Assembly: GCA_030390025.1 (NCBI GenBank)
Contig: CM059432.1
Location: 135,844,001-135,908,000, forward strand
DNA: 64,000 bases
Source of the DNA: Squalus acanthias
Lineage: Eukaryota
Reading direction: 5' to 3'
Shown: one piece after another, positions 38,828 to 51,150 of the stretch
Numbering within the stretch: position 1 is the first letter of the stretch
Layout of the letters: every line of letters begins with the position of its first letter
Position numbers and translations under genes: made by a program
The notes under the pieces: model-generated
What the model was told of the DNA's origin: nothing
What the model saw: the letters and a program-made list of their open reading frames with translations, nothing else
The model's database searches: none

Positions 38828-39055
38828 TCAGCTGCCGAGGGCCTAAGCTCTGGAATTCCCTTCCTAAACCTCTCCGCCTCTATCTCTCTCTCCTCCTTTA
38901 AGACGCTCTTTAAAACCTACCTCACCTGTTCTAATACCTTCTTACGTGGCTTGGTGTCAAATTTTGTTTGATAACGCTCCTGTGAAGTCCCTTGGGATGT
39001 TTTACTGCTTTGAAGGCACTCTATATAATTCAGTAGTTGTTGTTGTTGTTGTTGT
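38828..39055 (+). mobile_element. L2 3' end
   Basis: PKLWNSLP-encoding sequence; (GTT)n tail. Confidence 0.85.
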
Positions 39056-39524
39056 AACAGTCCTTTAAAGTCACACTATTTTCATGCAAAAGTCTAATTT
39101 TAATGCTAATTACTCTATAGGGTCATATTTTAAGTCTACTCGCTCAGCAGAAACCTGGCGGGTGGGCAGTTAAAATCGCCCTGGCTCTTACCTGTCCGAA
39201 AGCCGCCATGATCGCAACATCTGCAATTTTAACCTGCTCTCCTGAGCAGGTGGCAAGGACAGGCGCCCGGAGCCAACGGGGTCCTTCTTTACATATGCAT
39301 GTTGCAGGCCTGATGACATCATTGAGACCCGACTGTCATTTTAATTCAGGCCTGAAGCGGGGAAATCCACCTGGAGTTAAAAATCGGGGCATGAAACACA
39401 GCCAGCACATATTGGAAAATCGCAGGCACACACCCCAGCATCTATCCATCCACTGAAACCATACGGGCAAATAAAATAGAGCTGAATGTCCTGCCCTGGC
39501 TCATCTACCTGTTCCAAATGTTAA

Positions 39525-39812
39525 AAAGAAAAATGAAAGAATTTGCATTTATATAGCGCCTATCACAACCTCAGGACGTCCTAAAGCGCTTTGCAGCCAA
39601 TTAAATACTTTTGAAGTGTAGTCACTGTTGTCATGTAGGCAGCCAATTTGCGCACAGCAAGCTCCCGCAAACAGCAAGGAGATCAATGACCAGATAATCT
39701 ATTTTAGTGATGTTGTTTGAGGGATAAATATATGCCATGACACCGGGGATAACTCCCCTGCTGTTCTTCGAATAATGCTATGGGATTCTTTACGTCCACC
39801 TGAGAGGGCAGA
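39525..39812 (-). mobile_element. SacSINE1-like SINE fragment
   Basis: Matches tail and body of other copies. Confidence 0.85.
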
Positions 39813-41514
39813 TGATTATCTATTGTTTCCTATTGAGAAGCATACAGGGTTCCTCTGACACATAAACAGCTGCAAATATACCTATGACACTCACAACTCC
39901 CCATGCTCAAGGGAGGACTAAGGCTCTGAGACACTATTGCTGGGTGACCCATGGCCTGAAATACATCACAGATCCTTAAAGGGACCATTAAAGACGGCTA
40001 CTCGAAAGGTAAGCTAAAGTTTTTTACTGACCGTATGACGGAGCCGGGAGGAGCAGGAGTGCGCCGCCTGCCTCCATATTAAAACCATGGGCCACTGCAT
40101 GCCCCCCTCCCGATAGCCTCCTCCGTCCTCCTGGACTGTCCTGAGGCCCTCGGCTGGCGTCTCAACCAGGCCAGCTTGCCGCCCTTCCGCGAGCGTAGAG
40201 CTGGCCTTTTGGGCCGTGACGGGCGTCCTCAGCTCGCCGGTAATATCCTAACGAGGCTGGCCGCCCAATTCGCTGAGGCCCTGCCGCGGGCCTCATCCGG
40301 CGCTACACCCGGTTTGGTCACGGTCCAATTTCTCGGCCATGGACTCTGCACAGAACTGGGAAAATACTCAGCAGTCCGGGCCTCCATCCTGGGGAACATA
40401 TACCAGCGATTCCCTCGCTCCAACCCGACAACACACCCTGGAAGGTGGAGGGACTGGTCAATGGCAGTGAGACCAACCACTGGCTCCCAACCACATGGAA
40501 AAAGTGACCCAGCCCAAATTGGAGGGATTGTGTTAGCTCAAGTGTGCCTCTGTCTGACTGCGCTGCCTCCGCCCTCTGTACACCTTGGGCTTCAAACGTG
40601 TTAAATTACTGTACAAAAATGCACAACTAGATTATCAATATTCCCTCTTGTAAATCTCGTGCTAAGAATATACACCAGTGTTATACATCAGTATGAAAGT
40701 GTAAAACCTTTTCCTTTTGTTAAAAAAAGTTTTTGAAAACTTGAAATTTAAACATTTGTTTATCCTTGGGCTGGAAACTGTGAAGTGTTTGCCAGTTATC
40801 TTGTAATGTTTAGTTTCTTGAAAGATGTGTGTGTGGGGGAATTTTTTTTAACCAAAATTCTGAGTAAGTGCCACAGTGGGGGAGGACTTTCTGGGGTTAT
40901 GATGTGTCAGCTATATTGTAATCGTAGCAGATCAGTTTCCAGTGACAGCTATTTCTAGTGCAATTGTAAACACAGTGGCCTAGAAAATCGGGGAGGGGGT
41001 GGTGGGGTGCAGGGTCCATGCCGTGCGTCTCAATGCTGAGGCCTGAGGCACCCCCAATATTGGGCCTTAGGCCTCATTACAATGGAGCCAGCAGTTTGCA
41101 AACAGCCAGCCAGGGAGAAGAGAGCAAGATTTTGCCGCTGCTACATCACAGCGGATCTCAGGAAAGTGAAGTCGGGGGATGGGATCGGAGGCCGGGGAGG
41201 GGGGAAGGATCAGGGATCGGGAGGGAAGGGTCGGAGGCTGGAAAGGCAGGGAGTGGGGGGAAGGATGGGAGGTGGCGGGGGGAATGGTTTGGCGATCTTA
41301 AAATTAGAGCTTCTTCAAAAAAGGGTAGTGGAAATCTGGAAATTTCTCCCTCAAAAATCTGTTGAGGCTGGTGGGGCGGGGGGGGGGTCAATTGAAAATC
41401 TCAAAACTGAGATTGATAGGTTAGCAAAATACTGCGGATGCTGGAAATCCAAAATAACAACAGAAAACGCTTGAAAAACTCAGCAGGCCAGGCAGCATCC
41501 GTGGAGAGAGAAAC

Positions 41515-41550
41515 AGAGTTAACGTTTCAGGTCGAAGACCTTTCGTCAGA
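41515..41550 (-). ncRNA. Minimal hammerhead ribozyme core (stem I broken by the inversion junction)
   Basis: Minus strand reads CUGACGA-AGGUC-uuc-GACCU-GAAACGUU. Confidence 0.6.
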
Positions 41551-41575
41551 CAAAAGGTCTTCGACCTGAAACGTT

Positions 41576-42244
41576 GGGCTGGATTTTGTCTTGGGGCGGG
41601 TTGGGGTCGTGTCATCCGCATTTCGTGTTCTCCACCCGCCTGAAATTGGATGTGGGAGATTGATGCAATTTTCACTTAATTGGGCAATTGAGTTCCAGCA
41701 TGTGGGAACCCATGAACCAATTAGTGGTTTTAGTCTGAAAGTGGCCTCTGATGATGTCATCATTGCAGGTCAGCGAGAGAGAGAGAGAGAGCGAGAGAGA
41801 GAATTTTTTTTTCCATCCAGGTCCTCCAAAGGCCCTGGCAGTCTGTGAAGACATTCAATGCAGTAGCATCAGAGGTGACTTTCAGACCTAATACTACTAC
41901 TACCGTCATCACATCTCCGTTGTAATAGTGGACCTGCAGCTGATAGTCAGCTATCCACTTGTGCTCCCGCCAGGTTTCACTGGCGTGTTTCACGTCAGAA
42001 AAGGGTTAAACTAGCTAAAACGTTTCAAAATGGCATTACAGAGCCAATTTAGGGCTTGTTAAGGGCTTTAATGGCCTCTCCCGCCTCTTGGAGGCGGGAC
42101 GGAGTCGGGAACACTGCACACGATTTTATCAAAATTGCGTGGAGGCGGGTTGGAGGCGGGATGGGGTCGGGACCCCCGAATCTGCAACTTTAACCCCCCA
42201 CACGCCTCCAAACCTGACTCCACGGGTCATTGAAAATCCAGCCC
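41576..42244. mobile_element. Harbinger MITE family M1 (opposite orientation to 33925-34614)
   Basis: 12-bp perfect TIR GGGCTGGATTTT; TSD GTT. Confidence 0.9.
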
Positions 42245-42489
42245 GTTAACTCTGTTTCTCTCTCCACGGATGCTGCCTGGCCTGCTGAGTTTTTCCAGCG
42301 TTTTCTGTTATTTTTTGAGATTGATAGGTTTTTGTTTGGTATTAAGGGTTACAGAACCATGGTGGGTAGATGGAGCTAAGATATAGATCAGCTATGATAC
42401 GTTTGAATGGGGCTGAACAGCCTGTTCCTGTTCCTAAATCCACCTCTATGCAGTATGAGCAAATTTGCAGCACTGTCCTCTGAAGATAT

Positions 42490-42934
42490 AAGAAAAAAGA
42501 AAGACTTGCATTTATATAGCGCCTTTCACAACCACCGGACATCTCAAAGCGATTTACAGCCAATGAAGTAGTGTCACTGCTGTAATGTAGGAAACGCGGC
42601 AGCCAATTTGCGCACAGCAAGGTCCCACAAACAGCAATGTGATAATGACCAGATAATCTGTTTTTGTTATGTTGGTTGAGGGATAAATATTAGCTAAGAA
42701 ACTAGACACCTGCTCTTCTTCGAAATAGTGCCATGGGATTTTTTACGTCCACCTGAGAGAGCAGACGGGGCCTCAGTTTAACGTCTCATCCGAAAGATTG
42801 CACCTCCGACAGTGCAGCACTCCCTCAGCACTGCACTATCAGCCTAGCTTTATGTGCTCAAGTCCCTGGAGTGGGACTTGAACCCACAACCTTCGGACTC
42901 AGAGGTGAGTGTGCTACCAACTGAGCCACAGCAG
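42490..42934 (-). mobile_element. Full-length SacSINE1-like SINE
   Basis: Head GTGGCTCAGTTGGTAG...GGTTCAAGTCCC, body and tail. Confidence 0.9.
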
Positions 42935-43749
42935 ACTTCCAAGCCCCAGTTTGCCCCGTTGCTGTCAGTAATGGTATAACTGCCCTCTTGTACCGCAGTG
43001 TGGTTACATGCAATGCTTTGAACTGGGGCCCCAACCTACAGCGTGCACAGAATTGCCCAGTAATTAGGGTCATTTGGTTAAATTGTGATTTCAGAAATGA
43101 AATTTATGAGGTCATTGATAATTTTGGTCGTTTTTATGGCAGTAAATGTAGGTATCGATCGTAATACAGTTTTATGATATAATTGCATTTTACTACCTGC
43201 GTTTTATGGTAGAATAATGTATAATCATTAGATGATAATAAATGCTTGTTTTATTGATTGTCCAGACAGGTATGATAGTGTGAAATAAATGTCAGGAATC
43301 GTGATATCAAGAGACAAGCTCAAGTATCTAAAATAATCCTGAAGTGTATAATTCACTCTTTAGTCAGTTATTGCTTTTACATAATGCTTTTGCCCATTCA
43401 ACATCAATTTACTAGGAAATAAATGAAGCTTTCCAATGAAGTGTGATATGAAGTACATTCATGCACACCCACTTAGTGCATTTTAGGAAATTATCCTCAG
43501 CATTATGCATGAAAGTGAAAAAAATACAGATGTCATTAAAATGCTAATAGGACACTATTTATTAAAATTCACTGTGCTATGCAATTGGTTTTTTGTTTTC
43601 ATATTTGTATTTTATCATTTTATTAACTTTGTGAAGGAGAGGAGATTTTGCACTGAAGACTTCAGAAAGCAATGGACCAGGTTAACTATTTTTATTTAGC
43701 AAACTTTGGCTCTAGGAGCTCTCCAAGCCGTAGAATAATGTTTTAAATG

Positions 43750-44035
43750 TACTTGGTGCAGCCTGATGACTGAGTGCGTGCCCAGCATGGTACTGAGTCA
43801 ATTAAGGCCGGGTTCAAAGCCTGAACCGTACTGAGTTAGCCGGTCTCCGCTAGCGCTGGGATAAGGGCACTACAATTAGGTACAGCAACTGCCTGGGACT
43901 AAGGAGGGGTGAAATCAAACCAAGGTTCTCCCAATCCTGATCACTATCCGCTGGACCATGGAAGATAGAGCTTGAAAGCGTTCCTCCCTGAGCGATGTTT
44001 GGGCAAAGAGTACCAGCCAGCCAGCTGCCCGATAG
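43750..44035 (+). mobile_element. Old unclassified SINE-like repeat
   Basis: B-box-like GGTTCAAAGCC; similar segments at 1945-2010 (+) and about 23200-23340 (-). Confidence 0.45.
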
Positions 44036-44040
44036 TCTGA

Positions 44041-45075
44041 ACAACAACAACAACCTGCATTTATATAGCGCCTTTTAATGTAGTAAAATGTCCCAAGGCG
44101 CTTCACAGGAGCGATTATCAAACAAAATTTGACACCGAGCCACATAAGGAGAGATTAGGACAGATGACCAAAAGTTTGGTCAAAGAGGTAGGTTTTAAGG
44201 AGTGACTTAAAGGAGGAGAGAGAGGTGGAGAGGCGGAGCGGCTTAGGGAGGGCAATCCAGAGCTTATGGCCTCGGCAGCTGAAGGCACGGCCGCCAATGA
44301 TGGAGCATTAATATCAGGGATGCACAAGAGGCCAGAATTGGAGGAGTACAAAGATCTCTGAGGGTTGTACGTACGAACATACGAATTAGGAGCAGGAGTA
44401 GGCCACTTGGCCCCTTGAGCCTGCTCCGCCATTCAATAAGATCATGGCTGATCTGATTACTCCACATTCCCGCCTACCCCCGATAACCTTTCACCCCCTT
44501 GCTTATCAAGAATCTATCTACCTCTGCCTTAAAAATATTCAAAGACTCTGCTTCCACCGCCCTCTGAGGAAGAGAGTTCCAAAGACTCACGACCCTCTGT
44601 GAGAAAAAATTTCCCCTCATCTCTGTCTTAAATGGGCGACCCCTTATTTTTAAACAGTGACCCCTAGTTCTAGATTCTCCCACAAGAGGAAACATCCTCT
44701 CCACATCCACCCTGTCAAGACCCCTCAGGATCTTATATGTTTCAATCAAGTCACCTCTTACTCTTCTAAACTCCAGCAGATACAAGCCTAGCCTGTCCAA
44801 CCTTTCCTCATAAGACAACCCGCCCACTCCAGGTATTAGTCTAGTAAACCTTCTTTGAACTGCTTCCAACGCATTTACATCCTTCCTTAAATAAGGAGAC
44901 CAATACTGTACATAGTACTCCAGATGTGGTCTCACCAATACCCTGTATAACTGAAGCATAACCGCCCTACTTTTGTATTCAATTCCCCTCGCAATAAACG
45001 ATAACATTCTATTGGGGCTGGAGGAGGTTACAGAGACATGGAGGAGGGAGGCAGCGGAGGGATTTTAAAATCCAG
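44041..45075 (-). mobile_element. L2 3' end split by the CR1 at 44370-45012
   Basis: GAGGGTTGTA|GGGGCTGGAGGAGG is collinear with intact L2 copies. Confidence 0.85.
44370..45012 (-). mobile_element. 5'-truncated CR1
   Basis: ORF 44474-45007 LYRVLVRPHLEY...RGDLIETYK...LWNSLP. Confidence 0.95.
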
Positions 45076-46408
45076 GCATTACAACAGCCCAGGCCTCAGT
45101 TGTGTAGCAGCAAGTGAGTTTCCGAACCACCCACCCGCCCAAAATCCCGCCCGCAATTACAATCAGGGGCTTTAATGTGTTTAATAAAATGGCTGTGTGC
45201 ATTTACTGCGGAAAATAATTGAACAAACACTTGCCAGGGTTGTGATAACATGGCTGAAGCTTAATGATCACTCAGTTTGATGACATAATTGTTCGACTGA
45301 GGAAAATATTGCGCAATGTATTTCTCTTTCTTCGGACGGGACAATGGCAAGCACTCAGACTAGCCCTTACATTCTGCACATTGTCAAAATGTGACAAATT
45401 AAAGTGTAAGGCTGCTGGGCATCTATGAAAGGCCTGATAATGTTTTCTCATTCAGGCAGAGACCATTTCTGTTTGCTTTACCAGTGATGTAAGAAGCAAC
45501 ATTGATTGGTGGAAACAAGGTTTCATCTTGCATGTTTTCAAAAGGAAATTGCGCTTTTTCAAAGTATTAAACGGCTAGATTAACCCTGAGAAATCTTTTT
45601 TTTTTCTATTGTGAACAAAACGACCAAAGACTTACTTTGATATGAGTAGCAGTATATCTCCAATAGACCTATGATAAGAGAAAACCCGAATGTCTAATTG
45701 TCAGAGATAATAATGCTGTTATTGAGTGCCCTTTGCTACAATCAGCAACATGTTAGTGCGTTGTACCAATGAATTACTTTAAACATTATTGTATGTCATC
45801 ATTAATATTGTCGTGAAGGCAGAAAGCAAACAGAGCAGGTCCCAAAGTACTACCTCATTAATAAAATGTAGTCATGAAAGCAAAGGAAAAAGATTAACTT
45901 TTATATTTCATAGCAGCAGGGGGCTTTAAATCTAATAATTAGTTGCAGTTGCTCTTTATTACTGTGGCTTATTTATTTCATTTGTTGCCTCAATTTAGAC
46001 AGATGATCCTCATTGGGGAACAGTGGGATATGCTGTTTATACATCAACAAGGAAGTCATTCATAACCCACAAAAAAATCCGACCATGAATGAGTTATGAA
46101 GATCTGATTTCTGAATAGGATAAATTTGGTATCTCTTTGTTCCCTTGGTGCATTATGTTTATGTTATGTGTAGTAGACATCAAAGAGGTATAATAAATGT
46201 AAGTGAAGTTGACTGAATAAGTTGTGAAAGGGGCTATGACTATTCCATTCATAATATTTTACAACCACAAAATGAGTATTTTTCTAGTCCAAGAAAATCG
46301 ATTGAAAGTGGTGCGGTGGGTTTAAATTGCAGAACACTTTAAGGCCTAGAATTCACTCTGTGTATATATGAGGGAGACTTTGTAGCAGTCGAAGCAACAT
46401 AAAAACAA

Positions 46409-46545
46409 TCAATTCTGATGAAAGGTCACCAACCTGAAACGTTAACTCTGTTTCTCTCTCCACAGATCCTGCCTGACCCGCTGAGTGTTTCCAGCATGTT
46501 CTGTTTTTATTTCGGATTTCCAGCATCCGCAGTATGCTCTTTGTT
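46409..46545 (+). mobile_element. Single-arm PLE terminal repeat (P1)
   Basis: Same sequence as the P1 arms; imperfect flanking repeat ATAAAAACAA / ATAAGAACAA. Confidence 0.75.
46411..46447 (+). ncRNA. Minimal hammerhead ribozyme motif
   Basis: CUGAUGA (46415-46421)-AGGU-cacca-ACCU-GAAACGUU; weak stem I. Confidence 0.6.
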
Positions 46546-46574
46546 ATAAGAACAACTATGAGAGGGTAAATATT

Positions 46575-47318
46575 GGCCCAAAAATTAGTGTTGCTACGCG
46601 AGAGTACGCACTGTGTACTCTCGCGTATTCTGTCTCCAATTGCCGGTTTTCTGCATGCACTGCGCATGCGCTGAAAACCGGCACTTGGTGATTTCAAAAG
46701 GGGGCGGTTCCTAGGTGAACCGCGTGCGCGCTACAGGCTGCGCGCACGCAGTGCACTTAGTGCTTTGAACGCGCAGGTAAGTATGGAAGATTTTGCACAT
46801 AAAGAAAGGAGGCGTAAGACCCTCTTTTAACAAGGTAAGTAGTTAATTAAGTATTATTTTGAATTTTTTTCAACAGGTATATCTTTTTTAGAGACTTTAA
46901 AGAAAGGTAAGTTTATTTTTATAACTTTTTAAAAGATTTTAAATTTTTTCAAAAATTTAATTTTTTGTTTAAAATGGTTAATTTATTTAACTATACTTAT
47001 TTTATTAATGTGATGGTTTTTAAAAAAAATTTAATTGAGGTTTAGCTGTTCTTTTGGGGGGGTATAGATTCATAGCTTTCACAGCACTTGTTGTGAAAGC
47101 TATGAATGAAAGATGGTGTGCTGCCATTGGCTCTAACTGAGTCACGTGATCCCACAGCTCGCACGAATTAACTGCGCCTGTGGGATACGGAAGCCCTGCA
47201 CAGCTGCTGTCCAGAACATCAAGTTCGTGCGAGCTGGGAATGAAAAAGCCAGCGCGCAGTGAGAGATCGCGGGGAAGCCTTACCCTCGCACGAAGGCTCA
47301 CTCACGAATTTTTGGGCC
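46575..47318. mobile_element. Harbinger-type MITE family M2
   Basis: Perfect 12-bp TIR GGCCCAAAAATT; TSD ATT. Confidence 0.9.
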
Positions 47319-47324
47319 ATTAAA

Positions 47325-47740
47325 TAGCATCTACAGCACAGAAAAAGGCCATTTGGCCCAACTGGTCCGTGCCGGTGTTTATGCTCCACATGAACCTCCT
47401 CCCACCCCTCTTCATCAAACCCTATCAGCATATCCTTCTATTCCTTTCTCCCTCGTGTACTTGTGTAGCTTCCCCTTATGCTGTTCGTCTCAACTACTCC
47501 TTGTGGTAGCGAGTTCCACATTCTAACCAGTCTCTGAGCAAAAAGGTTTCTCCTGAATTCCCTATTGGATTTATTAGTGACTATCTTATATTTATGACCT
47601 CTAGTTTTGGACTTCCTCACAAGTAGAAACATCTTCTCTCCGTCTACCCTATCAAACCTTTTCATAATTTTAAAGACCTCTATCAGGTCACCCCTCAGTC
47701 TTCTCTTTTCTAGAGAAAAGAGCCCCAGCCTGTTCAGCCA
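47325..47740 (-). mobile_element. CR1 3' end
   Basis: ORF 47438-47665 FDRVDGEKMF..TRGH..MWNSLP. Confidence 0.85.
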
Positions 47741-47781
47741 GAGTGGCCTATGGATACCACTTCTTTTGATGATTCACACAA

Positions 47782-47960
47782 CCTTGAGTATATTCAAGAC
47801 GGAGATCATAGATTTTGGATACTAAGGGAATTAAGGGATATGGGGATAGTGCGGGAAGGTGGAGTTGAGGTAGAAGATCAGCCATGGTTTTGTTGAATGG
47901 CGGAGCAGGCTCGAAGGGCCGAATGGCCTACTCCTGCTCCTATTTCTTAGGTTCTTATGC
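47782..47960 (+). mobile_element. CR1 3' end
   Basis: LSIFKTEI..GIKGYG and 3'UTR GAATGGCGGAGCAGGCTCG. Confidence 0.8.
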
Positions 47961-48080
47961 TCTTTGGAGACAGCAGCTCCAACTCATTTACATTGCCAGT
48001 GTGCTGTCAATTGCCAAGCAGTGGCCAGTGACAAACCAGCAATACACAACATGGAAATAGTCACTGCGCTCTGAAGATAT

Positions 48081-48744
48081 GGGCCGTATATTCCGATGCC
48101 TACGGGTGTGTACAGGCTGTGTACACACCCGTAAGGCCTGCTTTTACCAGCATAAGAGTTGAAAAAAAGTTTAAAAAAAATGTTTTTTCACTCATTTATC
48201 ATTTAAAAATACTTTAAAAAAAGTTAAGTTTATTTTTAGCCCCGTAAAAAACCTTAATTATTTTTTCTAATAATTAAATTTTTGTTTAAAATATTTAATT
48301 TATTGTAATTTGAACTCATTTTTAAAAAGTGATGGTGTTTTAAAAATGTATTTAAAGTTGTACTATGTTTTTGGGGTGATCTCCATTCATATATTTGACA
48401 AAAGTGAGAAGTCGCACAACACCAGGTTATAGTCCAACAGTTATAGATAAAACTGTTGGACTATAACCTGGTGTTGTGCGACTTCTCACTTTTGTCCACC
48501 CCAGTCCAACACCGGCATCTCCGCATCATATATTTGACAGGTCTATCTGTCAAGTGTATGAAGGGAGATTCCCTTCTTCTATTGGCCCACGTGATCCCAG
48601 GGACGCTGCGAACTGCCTGCGCCTCTGGTGGAGAGGCCCAGGATCGGAAGTATAGGCGCCTCGGGAGCCCTCAGGTAAGTGCGTAGATTTTTCCAGATCG
48701 GAGGCCTCCGCACGCAGGAAGCCTCCGATCGGAAAATATAGCCC
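48081..48744. mobile_element. MITE family M3 with internal deletion, hosting a PLE palindrome
   Basis: Homologous to 32369-33116, including both terminal hairpins. Confidence 0.8.
48401..48525. mobile_element. Palindromic PLE-like insertion (family P2)
   Basis: Inverted arms of about 46 bp; 14-bp TSD TCATATATTTGACA at 48387-48400 and 48526-48539. Confidence 0.8.
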
Positions 48745-49277
48745 ATGGTTTTATTTTCGCTGATGCTTCTCCAAGACTAGTATCGTAAAGAATGAAACTC
48801 CCTTTCTAACAGTTTAAAAACATTTTTAAAATTGCATTAAATCACTTTTAAATATATCACATTTTTTAATGACTTAAAGAGCCTGGGCCGGATCTCGTTT
48901 GAAAAATAATGGCATGGGAACGATGCACGCTGTTATTAATGTGCAAATCGGCCAGCAAGTTCAGGGATGAAGAGATATGCCGCGGGTTGCGAATTTCCAG
49001 AGCTTGCTGGGCGATTTATGCCTTGCCGCCGCCGTTTGCTTTGCACAAATGGCATCTCGCTCTTCGCCTCCCTGTTATTTTTAAGAACTTGCTGGATTTA
49101 CACATTAATTGTCCATTAAACTCGCCACATAAAGTTAAGTCTGGTAATTAACAATAAGTACCTTTTTAACAGTGTGATAATTGTTAATGACTGTCAATCA
49201 ACCTCTCCAGCCCAGAAATTGTACAATTTAAACTATGGCGTCTCATTCCTTCAGGTGGTAAATTGTTCTTAGAGACT

Positions 49278-49449
49278 TAAACATTTTTACAGCCAATGAA
49301 GTACTTTTTAAGTGTTGCAATGTAGGAAATGCGGCAGCCAATTTGTGCACAGCAAGGTCCCACAAACAGCAACGTGACAATGATCAGATAATCTGTTTTT
49401 AGTGATGATGTAAGGGATAAATATTGGCCAGGACTCCAGGGAGAACGCC
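49278..49449 (-). mobile_element. SacSINE1-like fragment
   Basis: Matches the SINE body. Confidence 0.75.
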
Positions 49450-49546
49450 CCTTCCGTGAGGGGATGACATAAACTTGGGTCCTTCCATGAGGGGATGACA
49501 TAAACTTGGGTCCTTCCATGAGGGGATGACTTAAACGTAGGTCCTT
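49450..49546. repeat. 31-bp tandem repeat, 3 copies
   Basis: Unit CCTTCCATGAGGGGATGACATAAACTTGGGT, no spacers. Confidence 0.9.
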
Positions 49547-49581
49547 GTGGTATTTGTAAAAGAATGATCTTATTTTACATT

Positions 49582-49789
49582 GCGGAGATGCCGGTGTTGG
49601 ACTGGGGTGGACAAAAATGAGAAGTCACACAACACCAGGTTATAGTCCAACAGTTTTATTTGAAATCACAAGCTTTCGGAGCTTACACCCCTTCTTTACT
49701 TCACCTGAGGAAGGGGTGTAAGCTCCGAAAGCTTGTGATTTCAAATAAAACTGTTGGACTATAACCTGGTGTTGTGCGACTTCTCATTT
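49582..49789. mobile_element. Palindromic PLE-like insertion (P2) with an intact hammerhead
   Basis: Near-perfect inverted arms of about 80 bp; 12-bp TSD TTATTTTACATT at 49570-49581 and 49790-49801. Confidence 0.85.
49701..49738 (+). ncRNA. Minimal type I hammerhead ribozyme
   Basis: Stem I UCAC/GUGA, core CUGAGGA, stem II GGGG/CUCC, GAAA, palindromic AAGCUU in place of stem III; predicted cleavage after 49734. Confidence 0.75.
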
Positions 49790-51150
49790 TTATTTTACAT
49801 TAACATTGAAGAAAAAGGCACAAAAGTATGACTTGCAAGAAGATTTTGGATACGTCTTCATGCATTGTGGTGTCCTCCTGTGCTCCTTGTACTCCTGTGA
49901 CGCACCTGGGGATGTTTTACTACGTTAAAGGCGCTATATAAATACAAGTTGTTGTTGTTGTTGTCGACATTGCCAAGAGACATTTGCACACTTCAATATG
50001 GCTGACAAGGTGTCCAGATATTTGCCTGAAAGATCTCAATGGAGAAACACAAGGAATTTTAATAGCAGCTGTCCACAGCTTTGATAATGTGATTACCCCT
50101 ATCCTTTTGAAATGAATGAGAAAGAGTTGTTTAAGATGCAGAATGCTAATTTATGAAGAGTGAAGTTTTGAATTTGACTTGCTGGGGCAAGTCCTTTGAT
50201 GTGCTGGCTTTGATGTCCTAATATTTTAATAAAATGGAAATACAGTATTAGTATTGTCACCTTCATATATACAAAAAAAAAACGATGAAAATACTGCAAT
50301 GAAGGGCTATTTTTGCAAAGAGCATTGCTCTTAGTCTGTAAAACAAAATTCAATAAAATAGTGCAAAGTTAAAAGGTGCTATTTTAACAGAATCTACTAA
50401 CTGACTACCACGGGACTTCATGCATGTCCATGCATGGGCCGTCAATGATTTGCGGCTGCTTCACGTGAGATGCCCTGTTAGCCTTGACCAGACATAAGCT
50501 GTTGACGTTCAGTTCCTTGGTGGGCAAGTCATCTTATTATGTTTTGTCAAATATTGCAAATGGGAGGTTCTTGTTGCTCCGAGAAGAGAGTTTGTGCAAT
50601 AAATCAAACGTGGCATTGCTAAATTGGGTTTGATGCCGTTTGTATATTAAACATTGCTTTAGAGATTATTAACAATGGGATCAGAAAAAAACATATTTGC
50701 ATGAAAAAGATCTTGTTATTGAATGTCTCAAATGATGCTTATTGTACAAGACACAGCAAATCTGTCATTGCCATATTTGATATTATTTCACCGACTGCAA
50801 GCACTTCACATATGCATGTTTGTTAACATGAATTACTCACATCTGAGCAAGTCATTTCTGATGCCACGGCAATAGGACAATTGTGACTGATGCTTAAAGT
50901 GACCTTAGCAGAGTCTTCAGGTATCACACATCGAAAATATAACTCGAGCATTTCTACAAATTTCCTTACAAACATGTAGGGACAAATACAAATCTTAGAC
51001 ACTTCAGCGCTCACAACTTGTAGGTTCTGCCTTAAGAGGATTACGCTAAATTTAAATTATTCCTTCTTCATTCGCACTTAATGGCAAGGAGACTTCAGCG
51101 GCACGCGACACTAATATTCCAGAAAACCTCCCCTCCAGGGCAAACGTTCT

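Larger units (their letters stand above)
41423..42315. mobile_element. Palindromic PLE-derived insertion (P1), split by a MITE
   Basis: 15-bp TSD TGAGATTGATAGGTT at 41408-41422 and 42316-42330; inverted arms centred at about 41550. Confidence 0.85.
41298..42445 (+). mobile_element. CR1 3' end hosting nested insertions
   Basis: KRVVEIWKFLPQKSVEA...KTEIDR|FLFGIKGY across the 15-bp duplication. Confidence 0.75.

Noticed and set aside
39950..40560. CpG-island promoter or coding exon
   Set aside because: It resembles the GC-rich degraded MITE-like patches elsewhere (e.g. 29125-29600, 39120-39520); no supportable gene structure or element boundaries
49450..49546. CRISPR-like array
   Set aside because: Head-to-tail 31-bp tandem with no spacers, in a eukaryotic context with no cas genes
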